A DNA stretch of 64,000 bases from Vicugna vicugna. Lineage: Eukaryota. The translations under genes and the position numbers were made by a program. Each line of letters begins with the position of its first letter. Position 1 is the first letter of the stretch. A model generated the notes under the pieces. The model had not been told where the DNA came from, ran no database searches, and saw only the letters and a program-made list of their open reading frames with translations. The DNA is taken from positions 806,001 to 870,000 of the forward strand of contig MU057651.1 of NCBI GenBank assembly GCA_013265495.1, given 5' to 3'. Shown here in pieces: positions 1 through 13,389 of this stretch.

Positions 1-324
1 TCATTCTACACACGCAGGAAGGAGAGTCTAGGGGGCTGAAGTGACTCATCCAAGTTGACCCAGCAAGATACTACTGACAGCCTCAGCGGGAAACGCTCTT
101 GCCCAGTGTTGCCCAAAGAGTGTTCTTCCTCACACCAGCCCAGCCAAATGCTTGTTGGTACACCAGGTTCTGTGGGCAAATATGCCTGGGAAATGCTATA
201 TCGGCTATGCTCCTGGAGAGTCACAATATACACTAGCCCAGTGAAGGCTTTAAGAAGTTCTGCAATAAACAAACCTGTTTCTGTTTAAGCAAGAATTTCT
301 CAGAGTAAACTTGACCACAAAACT

Positions 325-406
325 CTGTGTGTGTGTGTGTGTGGTGTGGTGTGGTGTGTGTGTGTGTGGTGTGGTGTGTGTGTGTGTGCTGTGGTGTGTG
401 TGGTGT

Positions 407-445
<39 letters not shown>
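325..445. repeat. Compound (TG)n/(TGG)n microsatellite
   Basis: Directly visible TG dinucleotide run with TGG interruptions. Confidence 0.95.
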
Positions 446-447
<2 letters not shown>

Positions 448-1704
448 CACCTACTAACATCCTATGGAATGAGTCTTTTTTGGAACCCACATTGGGAAGC
501 ACTGTCCTAGCCCCTAGACTAATCTGAGTATCAGCATAGCAAGAGAGCAAATTCCATTCCAGCCTAAGCTGTGGGGGAAGTTTTTTAGAGATATTGCCTG
601 ATACCCTGGTATTGACAGCCAATGAGTAAAGGACCTTGATGCACCCAAAGGGCCCCAGGCTATCTTTTCCTCTGCAGCAGGGCATTGGCCAGACCAGGGA
701 GGAAGTCGATTCAAGATCACCTCTGTCTGCTGGCACTCCTTTCAAATAGAACCCAGGGCTATTTTTGGTCTTCATTTAAAGGAGGAGATGCTCAGGATGC
801 TGGTCCAAACCCTCAGAGCCCACACTCATTTAATGAGCAGAATTTTGTGCCCACCAGGCACTTCCAGTAGAAATCATCCATCTCTTAGGTTCGTTTTCAG
901 GGCCATCCATCAGCCCATGCAATCAGCACCAGCACAACGAAACAGGAGACTCGGAATGTGCCCCTATTCTGGCTTAATTGCATGAGTATTGGAGCAGTCA
1001 TCGTATCCCCATTTCAGAACTAACATACGGCACAGAAATCTTCTGCTATTGTTAATTACCAGTGACACTACTAAAATTACCTAAAATGTAAAACTCCCTG
1101 AAGATCCTGTCCTGATTAATTTGTATTTTATATTACAATTCAAGTGATAAAAAAATCACAATGGATTTAATATTTATCTCTGCCATTTTCATGTTTTCTT
1201 TTAGTATTTATTAGACATCCACCATGAGGGAGATGCTTCCTTTGAAACTGGTAAATTTGTGTGCAAAAAGTAAGTGTAATGCGAGTATACCTTTCTGTCT
1301 CTATCCACTGTCTATGTGAACAATTCTGTGTAAGTGGATTTTTGGTAAAAATATTCACTGTAAAGGTCACAGGGGCACCGTTATTTAAGATGATCTGATT
1401 ATGAATCCTTGGGTAAAGCAACAAATTCTGCAATGTTCTCTTACTGTTCATCTAGTTCATTTGCCTTGTAAATCCATACTTACACATATCACATCTGCTT
1501 CAAGCAAAACCCACTAATATTAACAAGTGAGCTAGACATTTCTTAAGATGAGGATGTGCTCTGATCCTTATCAGTCTGCAGCACTGGCTCCTTTTGGATT
1601 CACCATTAATCACCATCCCAGCCCAGGGAGATTCATTCTGAGTTTGTTGAGAATGTGACAGTAACACTTCTGAGAATTCCCTGTAGTCTTACTTAACTAT
1701 GACT

Positions 1705-2040
1705 CCTCTGCCTTTATACATGCTGTTCCTTCAACTTAGCCACCTGGTGAATTAATTCTTCAAGATTCACTCAAATGTTACTTGCCCTGTGAAGCCTTTC
1801 TTGATCGTACTCCCCACCCCCAGCCAGGCATCCCTCTTCCATGCTCTCAAAATACCCTGCCTGGCTCTTGTCATCCTCTCCTATAATTATCTGTTTACAC
1901 ATTCTATCTTATCTATCAGACTGTGCACTCCCTGCGAGCTGAGATGATGTTTTATTCATTTATTCATTTCTGTGCTTCCAATCCCTAACACCACTGGCAC
2001 ATAGCAGCTGTTTCATAAATGTCAGTTGTTTGACTGAATG
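1705..2040 (+). mobile_element. LINE2 3' end fragment
   Basis: L2-like motifs (ttcaagattcactcaaatgttac...tgtgaagccttt; gcacatagcagctg...ataaatgtcagttgtttgactgaatg tail). Confidence 0.7.
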
Positions 2041-2676
2041 GTCACTGTCCTTAACAGCACATTTTGAGACCCTGAAAAGCAATGCTTTATTAAAACCAGA
2101 AATTAAAATGTCAAAGAGAAGGTTTACCAGTTTTGTTCATTTTTCCTGATTTCTTCTCTCTTTGATTAAAGAAAAAAATGACCCTGCCAATTCACACCTT
2201 ATGGGTCAAGGAAAAAAACAAATTCACAACTAATACCTAGTGCTTCTGGTATGTCCTTTTTTTTCCAAACATACAGCTACATCCTAGCCCACCACTAACA
2301 CCACTGCGGTGGAGACATGAGGATCCACTAATTAAATGGGGGGTGACGTGGGGGGGGTTACTGTAGGGATCACTGTAAGAGCTTTGTATCCTCATTGGCT
2401 AAGAGAGGGAAACCTGCTAAAAAAGTTGGGCATCTTGAGGGGAATAATAATGATGTCCAGTAGGACTTGGTCAACCTGGCTAGAAATTCTATATCCAGAA
2501 TGTCTGAGCAACACCCCCAGCTGAGGGGATTTCCATCACTTTGAAACCATCCTTACCCTTCCAACGTGGGCAGAACAGGTTGGACCTGATCCGCCTGCGT
2601 GTTACTGCAATCTGGCTTGGCATGGGATGATACCCAAGGACATGTAATGCCAGGAGTGGCCCAGCCCCATGGCGCA

Positions 2677-2677
<1 letters not shown>

Positions 2678-2720
<43 letters not shown>
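2678..2720. repeat. (CA)n microsatellite
   Basis: Directly visible. Confidence 0.95.
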
Positions 2721-2723
<3 letters not shown>

Positions 2724-2765
2724 CACTCCAACTCACACTCACTGAATCCCACACAAAACCCTTAC

Positions 2766-3400
2766 CATCTCCCACATCTGCATTCCTGGGTGCCCAGCCA
2801 CACACGGGGAGTGCCCCCTCACAAGCCCTCACTTCTCTGGTTTGCTCGGCCCACACCCCCACTCTACCGGCAGACTGCAGCCGGTTTTGTTGTATGTAAC
2901 AAAGCCCCATGCACCCAGGTGCCCAGCTCGATCGACTCCATCCATCTCTCCCCGCCCCCATCCATCATCTCCCAGAACAAGAGAAAGCTCAGCTCTGGGA
3001 AGTGGATGCGGGGAGTGGGGGCGCAGAGAAAGGGAGCTTTAGGGGTGGGCGGGGGCAGGAGTCCGGGCGGCTTCAGAGCTCTCTCGCCATGAAGCGAGAG
3101 GGACGGCGAACAGGCAAAGGGACCGAGCTGCCTTCCCAGCCCATCGCACCCCATCTATTCACAGAAAAAGACCAAAAACTGAAAAATAATCTACCCTCCC
3201 GTCAGTCCCCTGCCCTCCCAGAGGCTCTTGGGGCCACTGGCGCTCCAGTAGCCCGCAACAAAGCGCCCCCGACACAGACCTGTTCCAGCCCCTTCGTGGC
3301 CGGAGCGGAGGGGAAGCCGCTGCTGGGTTCTGCCCTTCGCCGCCGGGCAGCAGGCGCCGGGGATGGGAGGAGCAGGAACTGGGAGAGGAAGGAGGACGAG
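2766..3400 (-). other. Candidate non-coding first exon of a minus-strand gene (possibly TRPC5); 5' boundary unknown
   Basis: Minus-strand donor ATG|GTAAGG (exon ends 2766, intron starts 2765) at the edge of the CpG island. Gene identity is inferred only from the remembered head-to-head TRPC5/RTL4 layout. Confidence 0.4.
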
Positions 3401-3597
3401 AGGGGATAGAGACGCAGCGACGGCGGCGGCGGCGGTAGGAGGAGGAGGAAGAGGAGGAAGAGGAGGAGGAGGAGGCGGTGGCGGCGGCTGCTTCTGTGGC
3501 AGCTGCGGAGGATGCTCTTGAGAGGGGCAGGGCTGGGTGCACGGGGCGTGGGCTCACGTGCGCCCCATGGCCCGGGGATGCGCGCGCGTCTGGGTGT
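3400..3597 (+). other. Candidate non-coding first exon of a plus-strand transcript (possibly RTL4/ZCCHC16)
   Basis: Donor TGT|GTAAGA at 3597/3598; alternative donor CTT|GTAAGC at 4100/4101. Identity is inference. Confidence 0.3.
3413..3490 (+). repeat. (GGC)n-(GGA/GAA)n-(GGC)n compound trinucleotide repeat in the CpG island
   Basis: cggcggcggcggcggtaggaggaggaggaagaggaggaagaggaggaggaggaggcggtggcggcggc. Confidence 0.9.
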
Positions 3598-4469
3598 GTA
3601 AGAGCATTTGGGTGTGTTTTGACTGATTATTCCAATTCCGACCTAGTCTGGAACTTGTGGTTCCTGCAGCCAGGCGGAAGTGATACCTTTTTAGTCTCCC
3701 AAGCTTGCCTGTACTGGCCAGGGGATGGGGGTTGAGGGTGAGGGAGGGAGATGGGGCAAAAGGGGCTCAGTACTAGGGCTCCAGGCCTGCCATTAATGTC
3801 CACACCCCTACCTTCAGTCTTCTTTCTGAGCACTGGTGAATTGCATTCACATGTATCTTTGGAAAGCCTATAGCAAAGGAGAATAGAAAGAAACCAAGAG
3901 ACCAAGGACAGTCACCATCACTATGACATTGTATTGAGTGAGCACTCACATGATGCTCAGTGCTGTCTGGACTATCCAGAAGGCAATTTCTGTTCTAACT
4001 TGAGATTTTCTTTCATGAATTGAGGTGTCCATAACTTCATATAGGATCTACTTTCCGCCTTTTCTCCTGTCTCTCATTTCACTGCAAAATCTCCGTGCTT
4101 GTAAGCAAGGTGGCTTTTTATTCTGCTTACCCAGCAAGTATTATCCAGATCCCTGGCTTCACTGGTGTAAAGGGGCCACTTAATCCTCATGCCACTCCCC
4201 CTCTAGGAGTGGGGTGCTTAATTTAGATGAGAACCAAGGCTGATTTCCTGGAAGTCAGAGCACTGAAGATCATCTTGGATCCAGCTGGAGACTCAGTTTG
4301 GATCTGCACGTCTGAAGTTAAGAAAAGAGGAAATCAATTGTGAGAGGCACAGTTCTTCCATTTGATTGAATCCTTAGTGAACCCCTTCCTGGGAGCCCTG
4401 CTGAAAGTCTCCTTCCTATTCGTGACTTTTTGAGTACCTCCCTCATCCTGCCTAATGGCTTATGCTTAT

Positions 4470-4670
4470 AGAGCACTTTGGAATTTACACAGCACTTCCT
4501 AATAATGAAATCCCTACCATATCATCTCTGTGAATTAGGCAAGGAAAATATCATTATTTGTATTTTACAGATGAGGAAATAGATTCAAGCAAGATTAAGT
4601 GGACTTGCCTAACATTATAGGCTAATAAATGGCAGATTCAGAATTGAGAGTCAGGTCTTCGGGTTCCTAA
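4470..4670 (-). mobile_element. MIR SINE
   Basis: Reverse MIR core ttttacagatgaggaaa...aagtggacttgcct. Confidence 0.75.
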
Positions 4671-6279
4671 GGCAAAATTCATTTTTAGTTGACACCTTGG
4701 AAAGAAATTTCAGACGCATCTATTGATCTCCACGTTGGAGAGTAACAGTTTAGTGCCTTCGCTAAATTGAAATTATTAACTAAAACGAGATTTTGAAAAC
4801 AGTACTTCAGTTAGGTCGATACATTCAGGTGCAACTCACAAATTAGTAGGCAGAAAAGAGTTAACAACTTTTCGACCTCAGCCCCAATCGGCAGACATAA
4901 CTATTCATTTGATTCTGCTACCAGCTACTATAAGAATACTTTGAAATGACGGTACAGAAAGGACAATAGAAAGAGAGTCTATTTGAATTTCCTGGGGCAA
5001 TAATCTTGGAAGTATTTCCCCCAAGAGCTAGATCTTTGTCCTCTAAGTCATGAGCATGAATCATTGTTTAACACCGGGGAGGAAAACTCTCCCACACAGC
5101 AGCCTAGACAGTCCCAAGAATGTGCAGATGGATATCAAGGAAAAGAGGCAGGCTAGTGCAGTGGGCAAAAACTCCACTCTGGAGCCAGACATCCCTAGTT
5201 GGAAAATCTTGATGAATGACTCAATATCAATGATCCACTTGTAAAATAGGTAGAGAAGTCTGAGAACGATATGCAGTGATACAAGTGCCTGAGACATAGC
5301 AAGGCTCCATAATGATAGGTATTCTTATTAGAGAGAAGAAAAGCAACAACTACCTGAATGGGTCTTTCTTCATTAGAAGCAGAAATCCTTTGTTACTAGT
5401 GGTACATTGAGAGAATGCAGAGGAAGAGATTGCTTTTCTCCAGGAAAGAAGAGACCAAATGCTGATGATAGGAGATAGATGTGATGAACAGTTAGAGAGG
5501 AGGGATTTTCTGCAACTACTGAGGACAAGCATGGAACTAAGAAGAGAACAGGATCAGAAGAGGATGATTAAGAAAGGGCATCTAGGATTGGGCAGGGGAT
5601 TGTGACCAGAGTCTTGCTATGCATGGTTATTGTGATAGATTGGGAGTATATGCCTGCTAACGGTTTTGTAAAAATGTACATGGTTCACTCAAAGGGGTGT
5701 TTGGGCTCTTCTAAACAAGTTCCTGCTTATCAAAAGACGTAATAAAAACTCCATTCAGAATCTTTCAGAAATACCTGAATCTGAATTAGTCCCTGAATTA
5801 GCCAGGGACTCCCTGTTCTGATTTGGTACCAAATAGAGATTATTCTTGTTTGAGCATTGCCAAGCACAGAGAGGTTGAGTCATAACAATGCTCAGAGCCA
5901 AGCTGCAGAAAAATTGTGAAGGAGGTGAAATCTGTCTCAGACACCCTTTCAGTCTCTCTGTGTTGCACATTTTTCTTCCCACTTAAAAATCTCTGGACAT
6001 CAAAATCCCTGCCTTTCCCAACCAGGACAAAGTGACCTGATTTAGTCATTTATACTGAAGTGCCTTTATATGTTTCTCCTCTCAAAAGGAAGACTAGCAG
6101 GAGGAAACAACGCTAAACCCAATGAAATGGATCATTAACGGTTGAAGTTCAGGCATTCTGGGTGGTAAATATCCCTTGGGTGCCCTCAAGTCATTTAGAG
6201 ATGAGATTCTCTATGGATAAGACCAGACCTTGGAAACTTACATTCACATTGTAACAGAAACGCAGCACAGTAAGAGGCA

Positions 6280-6425
6280 TTAGTTATTCTTTCCAGTCCA
6301 ACCCTTTTGTTTCACAAGTGATTAAACCAAGGTTCAGAAAGGTTAAGTGACTCTTCCAAGACCCCGCTTAGCTCCAAAGGAGAGCCAGGACTTGAATTCC
6401 AAGCACAGGGCTCTTTCCACTACAC
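6280..6425 (-). mobile_element. MIR SINE inside unit A gag
   Basis: aaccaaggttcagaaaggttaagtgactcttccaag MIR core. Confidence 0.7.
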
Positions 6426-6734
6426 TGTACTACTACTCCATCCTCTGGGAAGAAAACCAGGAACAATTGCTTAGAACTGATATTTGAGATTTTATTCCAG
6501 GAACATAGGGATGGCATGGAAATAAACATTGAGACCAAAAAATGAAAGTGCAGTCCTCTTTCTTGCTTCCTTTAGCTTTCTCCTCAAAAGTCATTTTTTT
6601 CCTAATAGCTATTTCAAATGAGACTGACATGTAGAATGAATGGTCTGTGTGATTCCAGGCACCTGAAACTGGAACTGATATTAGAGGTATAAGACTAGGC
6701 TGAGGGTGTACAGAGTCCAGGTCACTCCCAGAAT

Positions 6735-8940
6735 CTTTTTTTTTAATTGTGGCAAGGACATTCAACATGAGATCTATCCTTTTAACAAATGTGTAAGTGT
6801 ACAATACGATATCACGAACTATAGGCACAATGTTGCACAGCAGATCTCTGGAACTGAGTCATCTTGCATAACTGAAACTTTGTACCCTTTAAATAGCACC
6901 TCCTTATTTCCTCTCTGCCCAGTCCCTGGCAACCACCATGCTACTCCCTGGATATTGGCACCCACTGGGGTACTGGTAAGGATTGCATTTAATCTGTAGG
7001 CCACGTTGGGTTATCTGGACATTTTAACAATACGAAGTCTTTTTAATCTGTGAATACGAGATGTCCTTCCATTTATTTGTGTCTTTTTATATTTCTTTCA
7101 TCAATATTTTGTAGTTTTCAATGTACCAGTCTTTGACCTCTTTGGTTAAGTTTATTCCTGAGCATTTTATTAGTTTTGAGGTTGTAGAGGGTATTGTTTT
7201 CTTATATTCCTTTTTGAATAGTTCATTGTTAGTGTATAGAAATGCAAATGATTTGTGTATCTTGATTTTGTATCCTGCAGCTTCACTGAATTCATTTATT
7301 AGTTCTAACAGTTTTAGAGGGGAGTCTTTAGGGTTTTCTACATATAGGACCATGTCATCTGCAAAGAAATAATTTTACTGCTTCCTTTCCTATTTGGATG
7401 CCTTTTTTTGTCTAATTACTCTGGCTGGGACTGCCACTACTATGTCAAACAAAAGTGGCGACAGTGGGCATCCTTGCCATGTTCCTGATTTTAGAAGAAA
7501 AGCCTTCGGTTTTTCACCACTGAGTATGATATTAGCTATGGGCATTTTGTATATGGCCTTTATTATGTTGAGATGATTTCCTTCTTTTCCCCAGCTTTAT
7601 TAAGTTATAATCAAAAAACAAAATTGTATATATTTAAGGTATACAACGTGATGTCTTGATATATGCATACACTGTGAAATGACTACCACAATCAAGCTAA
7701 TTGATACATCCATCACCTCGTATAGTTATCTTTCCTTGTGTGTGTGGTGAGAATGCGTAAGATCTACTCTAGCAAATTTCAAGTATACAGTACAGTATTA
7801 TTTATAGTCACCATGCTGTACCATTAGATCCCCAGAACTTATTCATCCTGCAAAACTGAAACTTTGTACCCTCTGATCAAGGTAATTTCCTTCTATTCCT
7901 GGTGTGTTGAGAGGTTTTTATTATTATTATTATTATGAAAGGATGTTGAATTTTGTTAAATGCTTTTTCTTCATCTGTTGAGATGATTGGGTTATTTTAT
8001 CTTTCATTCTGTTATTGTGGTGCCTCACATGAATTGACTGTTATATATTGAACCATCCTTGTATCTCAGGAATAAATCCCTGTGATCCTTTTAATGTGCT
8101 ATTGATTCTGATTTGCTAGTATTTTGTTGAGGATTTTTGCATGTATGTTCGTCAGGGATATTGGCCTGTCATCTTCTTTTCTTGTGGTTTCTTTGTCTGG
8201 CTTTGATATAAGGGTAATGCTGGCCTCATAAAGTGAATTTGGAAATGTTTCCTCCTCTTCAATTTTGGGAAGAGTTTGAGAAGAATTGGCATTAATTCTC
8301 CTTTAAATGTTTCATAGAATTCACCTGTAAAGCCATCTGGTCCTGGGCTTTTCTTTGTTGGGAGATTTTCAGTTACTGATTGAATCTCCTTACTAGTTAG
8401 AAGTCTATTCAGATTTTCTATCTTTTCATAATTCAGCCTTGGTGGGTTATATATTTCTAGAAATTTATCCATTTCTTCTAGGTTATTCAATTCATTGGTG
8501 TATAATTGGTTTCAGTAGTCTCTTATGATATTTTTTATGTGGCATTGTTAGTCTCTTCTTTCATTTCTAATTTTATTTGGGTTTTCTCTTTTTTTTTGTT
8601 AGTCTAGCTAAAAGTTTATCAATTTTGTCTATCTTTTAAAAAACTCTTAGTTTCATTGATTTTTTTTCCTATTGTGTTTCTATTCTTTATTTTGTATATT
8701 TCTGTCCTGACCTTTATTATTTCCTTCTTTCTGTTAACTTCTGGCTAAGTTTGTCTTATTTTTTTGGTTCCTTGAGGTGTAAAGTTAAGTTGCTTGAGTT
8801 CTTTTTTAATGTGGGCACTATTGCTAAAACTTCCCTTTTAATACTGCTTTTGTTGCATCCCATAAGTTTTGGTATGTTGTGTTTTCCTTTTCATTTGTCT
8901 CAAGATATTTTCTAATTTCTCATTGATTTCTTCTTTGGTC
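6735..8940 (-). mobile_element. L1 fragments (3' end, ORF2 portion, nested L1 3' end ~7595-7880)
   Basis: Minus ORFs 7087-7353 (MVLYVENPKDS..KLLELINEFS) and 8152-8490 (LEEMDKFLE..KSPGPDGFTGEFY) are L1 ORF2; poly-T at start. Confidence 0.92.
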
Positions 8941-9799
8941 CCTTGGCTGCTTAGGAGTCATTCCATGAATCTTGCATTTTTAGAATAAATCCTTGTTATG
9001 AACATATTATAATGAGCCTCTACTCAAAACAGGGTACCAGGAAAGTTTTTAGTTAGTGAAAGTTTCCAGTTTGTTGGGGTCCTGTTAATTAAGGTTTTAC
9101 TATAATCTCAAAACACAGAAAGGATTTAAAACAATCTGACCTTTAAAAAAATAGAACATAAAACTCACCACTATTTAGTCTTGCTTTCCTCTGTTTTATT
9201 GCCATGTTTCCTATCTACGCTGTTGACGGTTACTTGGGATTAAAAAGTTGTCACAAGATTTATTAACTAGTTTCTCTACTCCTATATGTGTTTGAAATTT
9301 TCTACAATACAAGCATTAAAAAAAAAAAAGACATGATCTCGGTCCTCTAAAAACTGGAACTCAGCATTGGATTGATCTTGGACATCAATTAGTGCTATAT
9401 ACAGATTAATCAGTCTAACTTTTCTGGAGGACAAGGTGGCAATTTATATCAAAATTTTTTAAAAGTCAGTGTGACAAAAAAAAAGTTTCCCGAGACAATC
9501 TCCTAAATTCCATAATTGGAAAAATAGTCAGAAGGCCTGGTTTCTCTTCCCGATTAGATGACTTATTTCTATGGACAAGTTCTTTGTTTCAGGACCCAAT
9601 TTCTTGATCTACAAAATTGATAACAATTTTTTAAATACATGTTTCCTTGCAAAATTGGGAAAGATAGAAAGCTTTGGGAAGAGTGCCACATAATCCATGC
9701 TTTTCAGATATTGATGCTGGAGGCAAAATATAGTGAGTGTGGATAATGTATATGGCCCTTTGAAAGTTACATTATAAAGGAAATGGAAAAGTATTAATT

Positions 9800-12030
9800 T
9801 TAGACTATTTAAAGCATACATGTTAAAATGGCAAGAGTAATCAACAAAAGTATAGATATGAAATATATAACTTTCAAATTGGTAGAGAGAAAAATGGAAT
9901 ACAAAAGAAAAAAATGCTTAATTCAAAAGAAGCCAAGGAAAGAGGAAGAGGGAAATGAAACTAAAAAGGACAAGTAAAAATCACATAATAAGGAGATAAG
10001 AATAAATACAAATATCTAAGTAGTCACTCTAAATATAAATTGGTTAAAGTACTCAATTAAAATATCAAGGATTGTCAGAATGAATAAAAAATAAATCCCA
10101 GTTAAATACTGTTTATAAGAGAAATACTTTCATTTATACTTCAATGTAAGGGCATAGAAAGACTATATTTCAAAAGATGAAAAAATATTACTGGGCAAAA
10201 GCTGACCAAAAGAAATATGAAGTAGCTATTTAATATAGTATTTTTAAATGTAAGGCAAAATCATTACTAGAGATGAAAAGAGTCACTTAATGAAAAAAGT
10301 AAATTCAAGCAGGAAGATATAACGTTTCTAAATGTGTAATTGCTTATTAACATGGGTGAAGTTTTTTTCAAAACAATAATTGACAGGTCTACAAGGAGAA
10401 ATTGCTAAGCCCACTACCATAGTGGGAGATTTTGACACATCTTTTTTAGTAACTGATACGTCAAGCAGAAAAAAAAACCCTAGTAAAGATGTAAAAGACT
10501 TGAACAGCATAATTAGCAAACTGATATAATAGATACATATTTAGAAAATTTCAGCAAACAATTAGAGAATATACATTACTTTCAAGTACATTTGGAGCAC
10601 ATACAAAAATCAACAAATTTTAAAGATTTGGTGTTGTACCAGACCAACTTCTCTAGTTACAATAAAATTAAGTTATAAAGCAATATAAAAATAACTAGAA
10701 AAAAATTAATTTGTTTGGAAATTTAAAACACAATATTAGACAACTTATAGGTAAGAGAAAATTTATAATGAAAATTAGACATGGAGCTGAATACTTGGAT
10801 GTGAAAGATAATGAAAATACTGCATATCAAAATTTGTGAGATGAGCTAAAATGATATTTAGAAGGAAATTAATAGACTTAGAAGCTTTCACTAGAAAAAA
10901 AGAAGGCTCAGAACTAATCAGTTAGACATTTAATTTAAGAAATTAGAGAAAGACCATCAGACTAATCCTCAGGAAAGCAGAAGGAAGGAAATAATAAGGA
11001 TATAAGTAAGAATCAATGAAATATAAAACAAATACATAGCAGTATCAACAAAAGCAAGAATTATTTCTTTGAAAAGACTAATAAAATGCAAAAACCTCTG
11101 GCAAGATTAACCAAGAGGCAAAAAGGACAGATAATGCAAATATATATTTTGGAATTTAAAAAGTGGGAACCAGAGGTTAAACAGAAACCAATAATATAAT
11201 ATAAAGAAATTCATATCAATATATTTGAAAATGTGGATTTAAAAATAGATATATTCGTAAAAGAATACATTTTAGTAAAAATGACTTAAGAAATAGAGAA
11301 TTCAAAGAGTCCTGTAACCACTAAAGAAAATGAATCAGTACATAAAATTGTTCCCACAAATAAAACACCAGATAGGCTAGCTCTACTAACCTTTCAAGAA
11401 AACTATCATTCAATATTATCCAAATTTTTCCAGAGAAAAGAAAGTTAGTAACACTCCCCAAATTATTTGGTAACAAAATCTGACCAAGACTATATATAGA
11501 AAAGAATGTTACAAGTCAGTCTCACTCATGGTTATAAATATTTAAAAATTAGCAAACTAAATTTAGCAATGTATAAAAAGATGATGAATAGTTACCAAGT
11601 TGGGTCTATACCAGGAATGCAAGGTTGGTTTGAAGCATTAATTAACATATCTCATCATATTAGCAGATAAAGAGGAAAAATAATGATCATTTTTACCAAT
11701 ATGGAAAACACATTCAATAATATTTAGCATTTATTGATGATTTTAAAAGTCCCTTAGCTAATTAGGAATAGAAAGATTCTTCCTATACCTAATAAAGGGC
11801 ATCTATGCCAATAAGTATAGCAGACATCATACTGGGGAAATGCTGAAAGTATTTCCTGTAATAACAGAAACAAGACAAAGATGCCGCCTTGTTCAGTCAG
11901 TGGAAGTTCCAGCAAGTGCAGTGAGACAAGAAAAAAGATAGTTTAAGGAAAAACAAGGAAAGAAATGGTAATTATTTCAAGTTTGTGCAGTATATTTTAT
12001 ATCTGTTATACCTCAGTAAAGTAGTTTAAA
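9800..12030 (+). mobile_element. Old degenerate L1 (ORF2 endonuclease-to-RT region)
   Basis: A-rich; L1 ORF2 hallmarks gtgggagattttgacaca, ccaggaatgcaaggttggttt, gaaacaagacaaagatgcc. Confidence 0.85.
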
Positions 12031-12714
12031 AAACTTTCTGCCTTGAACTTGGACTAACCTGAGCCAATCTGTCCTTACACAATTTAAACTAACACTTCTA
12101 GTATTGAGGCAGATTGATCCTAATACAAGAAAATCACAGCCCAAGTACTTCTAACTATATGCCTGTCTCTTACAGAAAATGGCCCTAGTTGCCATTAACT
12201 ACTTGGTGTAGGAAGAGGAAATGCTGGCAATTAGAGCTGCCTTTGAGGCATGGTTTCTCTGCACCTATAATGATACAGTACAACCTGTGCATTATGATGC
12301 CACTGAAGCAAAATTTGATGCTCAATTTTGCCAGATGAAATGGCATTGTTCTAGAAAAGACAGACTTTTCATAGCCGCTCTGTCCCATTGAGTAGATATC
12401 CAGTCATGTAAGTCTGGGTGCAGCCAAGACTTCACCCTAAGAGAACCTCTGATCTGAGAGTTTTACTGTCATTATTGTCAGTTGCACCTAATTGAGGCAA
12501 GTGAAACAGACAACAGACAGATATCGTTATGCAGGAGCACTGGTGATGGACCGGTTAATGCAAAGCGGACAGAGGGGTCTGTACTAACTATTTGCTGGTA
12601 ATATGTCCTGGTACGAGCACTGACTCTGTCACGGTGCCCTATTCAAAACCTTGAATGCAAGGACTTATGATGTCCCTTTATCTGCCATCAGCACTTGAAG
12701 AATTTACACTCTGA

Positions 12715-13215
12715 TCCATTGACAGATGATTGGATAAAGAAGTTGTGTTATACATATGTAATTGAATACTATTCAGCCATAAAAAAAGAATGAAATAATG
12801 CCATTTGCAGCAACATGGATGGACCCAGAGATTATCATACTAAGTGAAGTAAGCCAGAAAGAGAAAGAAAAATAACATATGATATCACTTCTAGTGGAAT
12901 CTAAAAAAAAAAAAAAGAGGAGACAAATGAACTTATTCACCAAACAGACTCACAGACAAACTTATGGTTATTAAGGGAGGAAAGTGGGTGAGGGGTGATA
13001 AATTGGGAGTTCAGGATTTGTAGATACTAACTACTATATGTAAAATAAACATCAAGGTCCTACTGTATAGTACAGGAAAATATATTTAATATCTTACAAT
13101 AACTTACATGGAAAAAGAATATGAGAAGGAATATATATGTATAATTGAATCACTATGCTATATACCAGAAACTACCACAACATTGTTAATTGACTATACT
13201 TCGATTTAAAAAAAA
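12715..13215 (+). mobile_element. L1 3' end (relatively young)
   Basis: ataatgccatttgcagcaacatggatggacccagagattatcatactaagtgaagtaagccaga; A-tail. Confidence 0.9.
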
Positions 13216-13389
13216 GGAATAGATCTGAAAAGACCAACAGACTAATATACTCATTACCAACTCTCAAACACATCCTTGATACCATTGCTGTGGGTTTGAT
13301 TAAAATCCTACTTTCTCTTTCATGATCATAATACTATCTTAGTTGTAGTGTAGTGTAGACATCTTTACCAAAAGGCCATCACAATTGGC

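Larger units (their letters stand above)
3000..3600. promoter_or_regulatory. CpG island, probable bidirectional promoter
   Basis: High GC and CpG density in an otherwise CpG-poor window; GC boxes (ggggtgggcggggg ~3042-3055); donors on both strands. Confidence 0.8.

Noticed and set aside
233..775. ORFs with HT/VC repeats (also 2489-2961)
   Set aside because: They are translations of TG/CA microsatellites.
3159..3735. Poly-Ala/Ser/Arg ORFs in the CpG island as coding exons (AMMECR1 and similar considered)
   Set aside because: They arise from the GGC/GGA repeat and high GC content; no recognisable protein.
9495..9720. CR1/L2-type RT (KALGRVPHN resembles KAFDRVPH)
   Set aside because: Flanking motifs and the position between protease and RNase H remnants fit the Gypsy RT of unit A better; some uncertainty remains.
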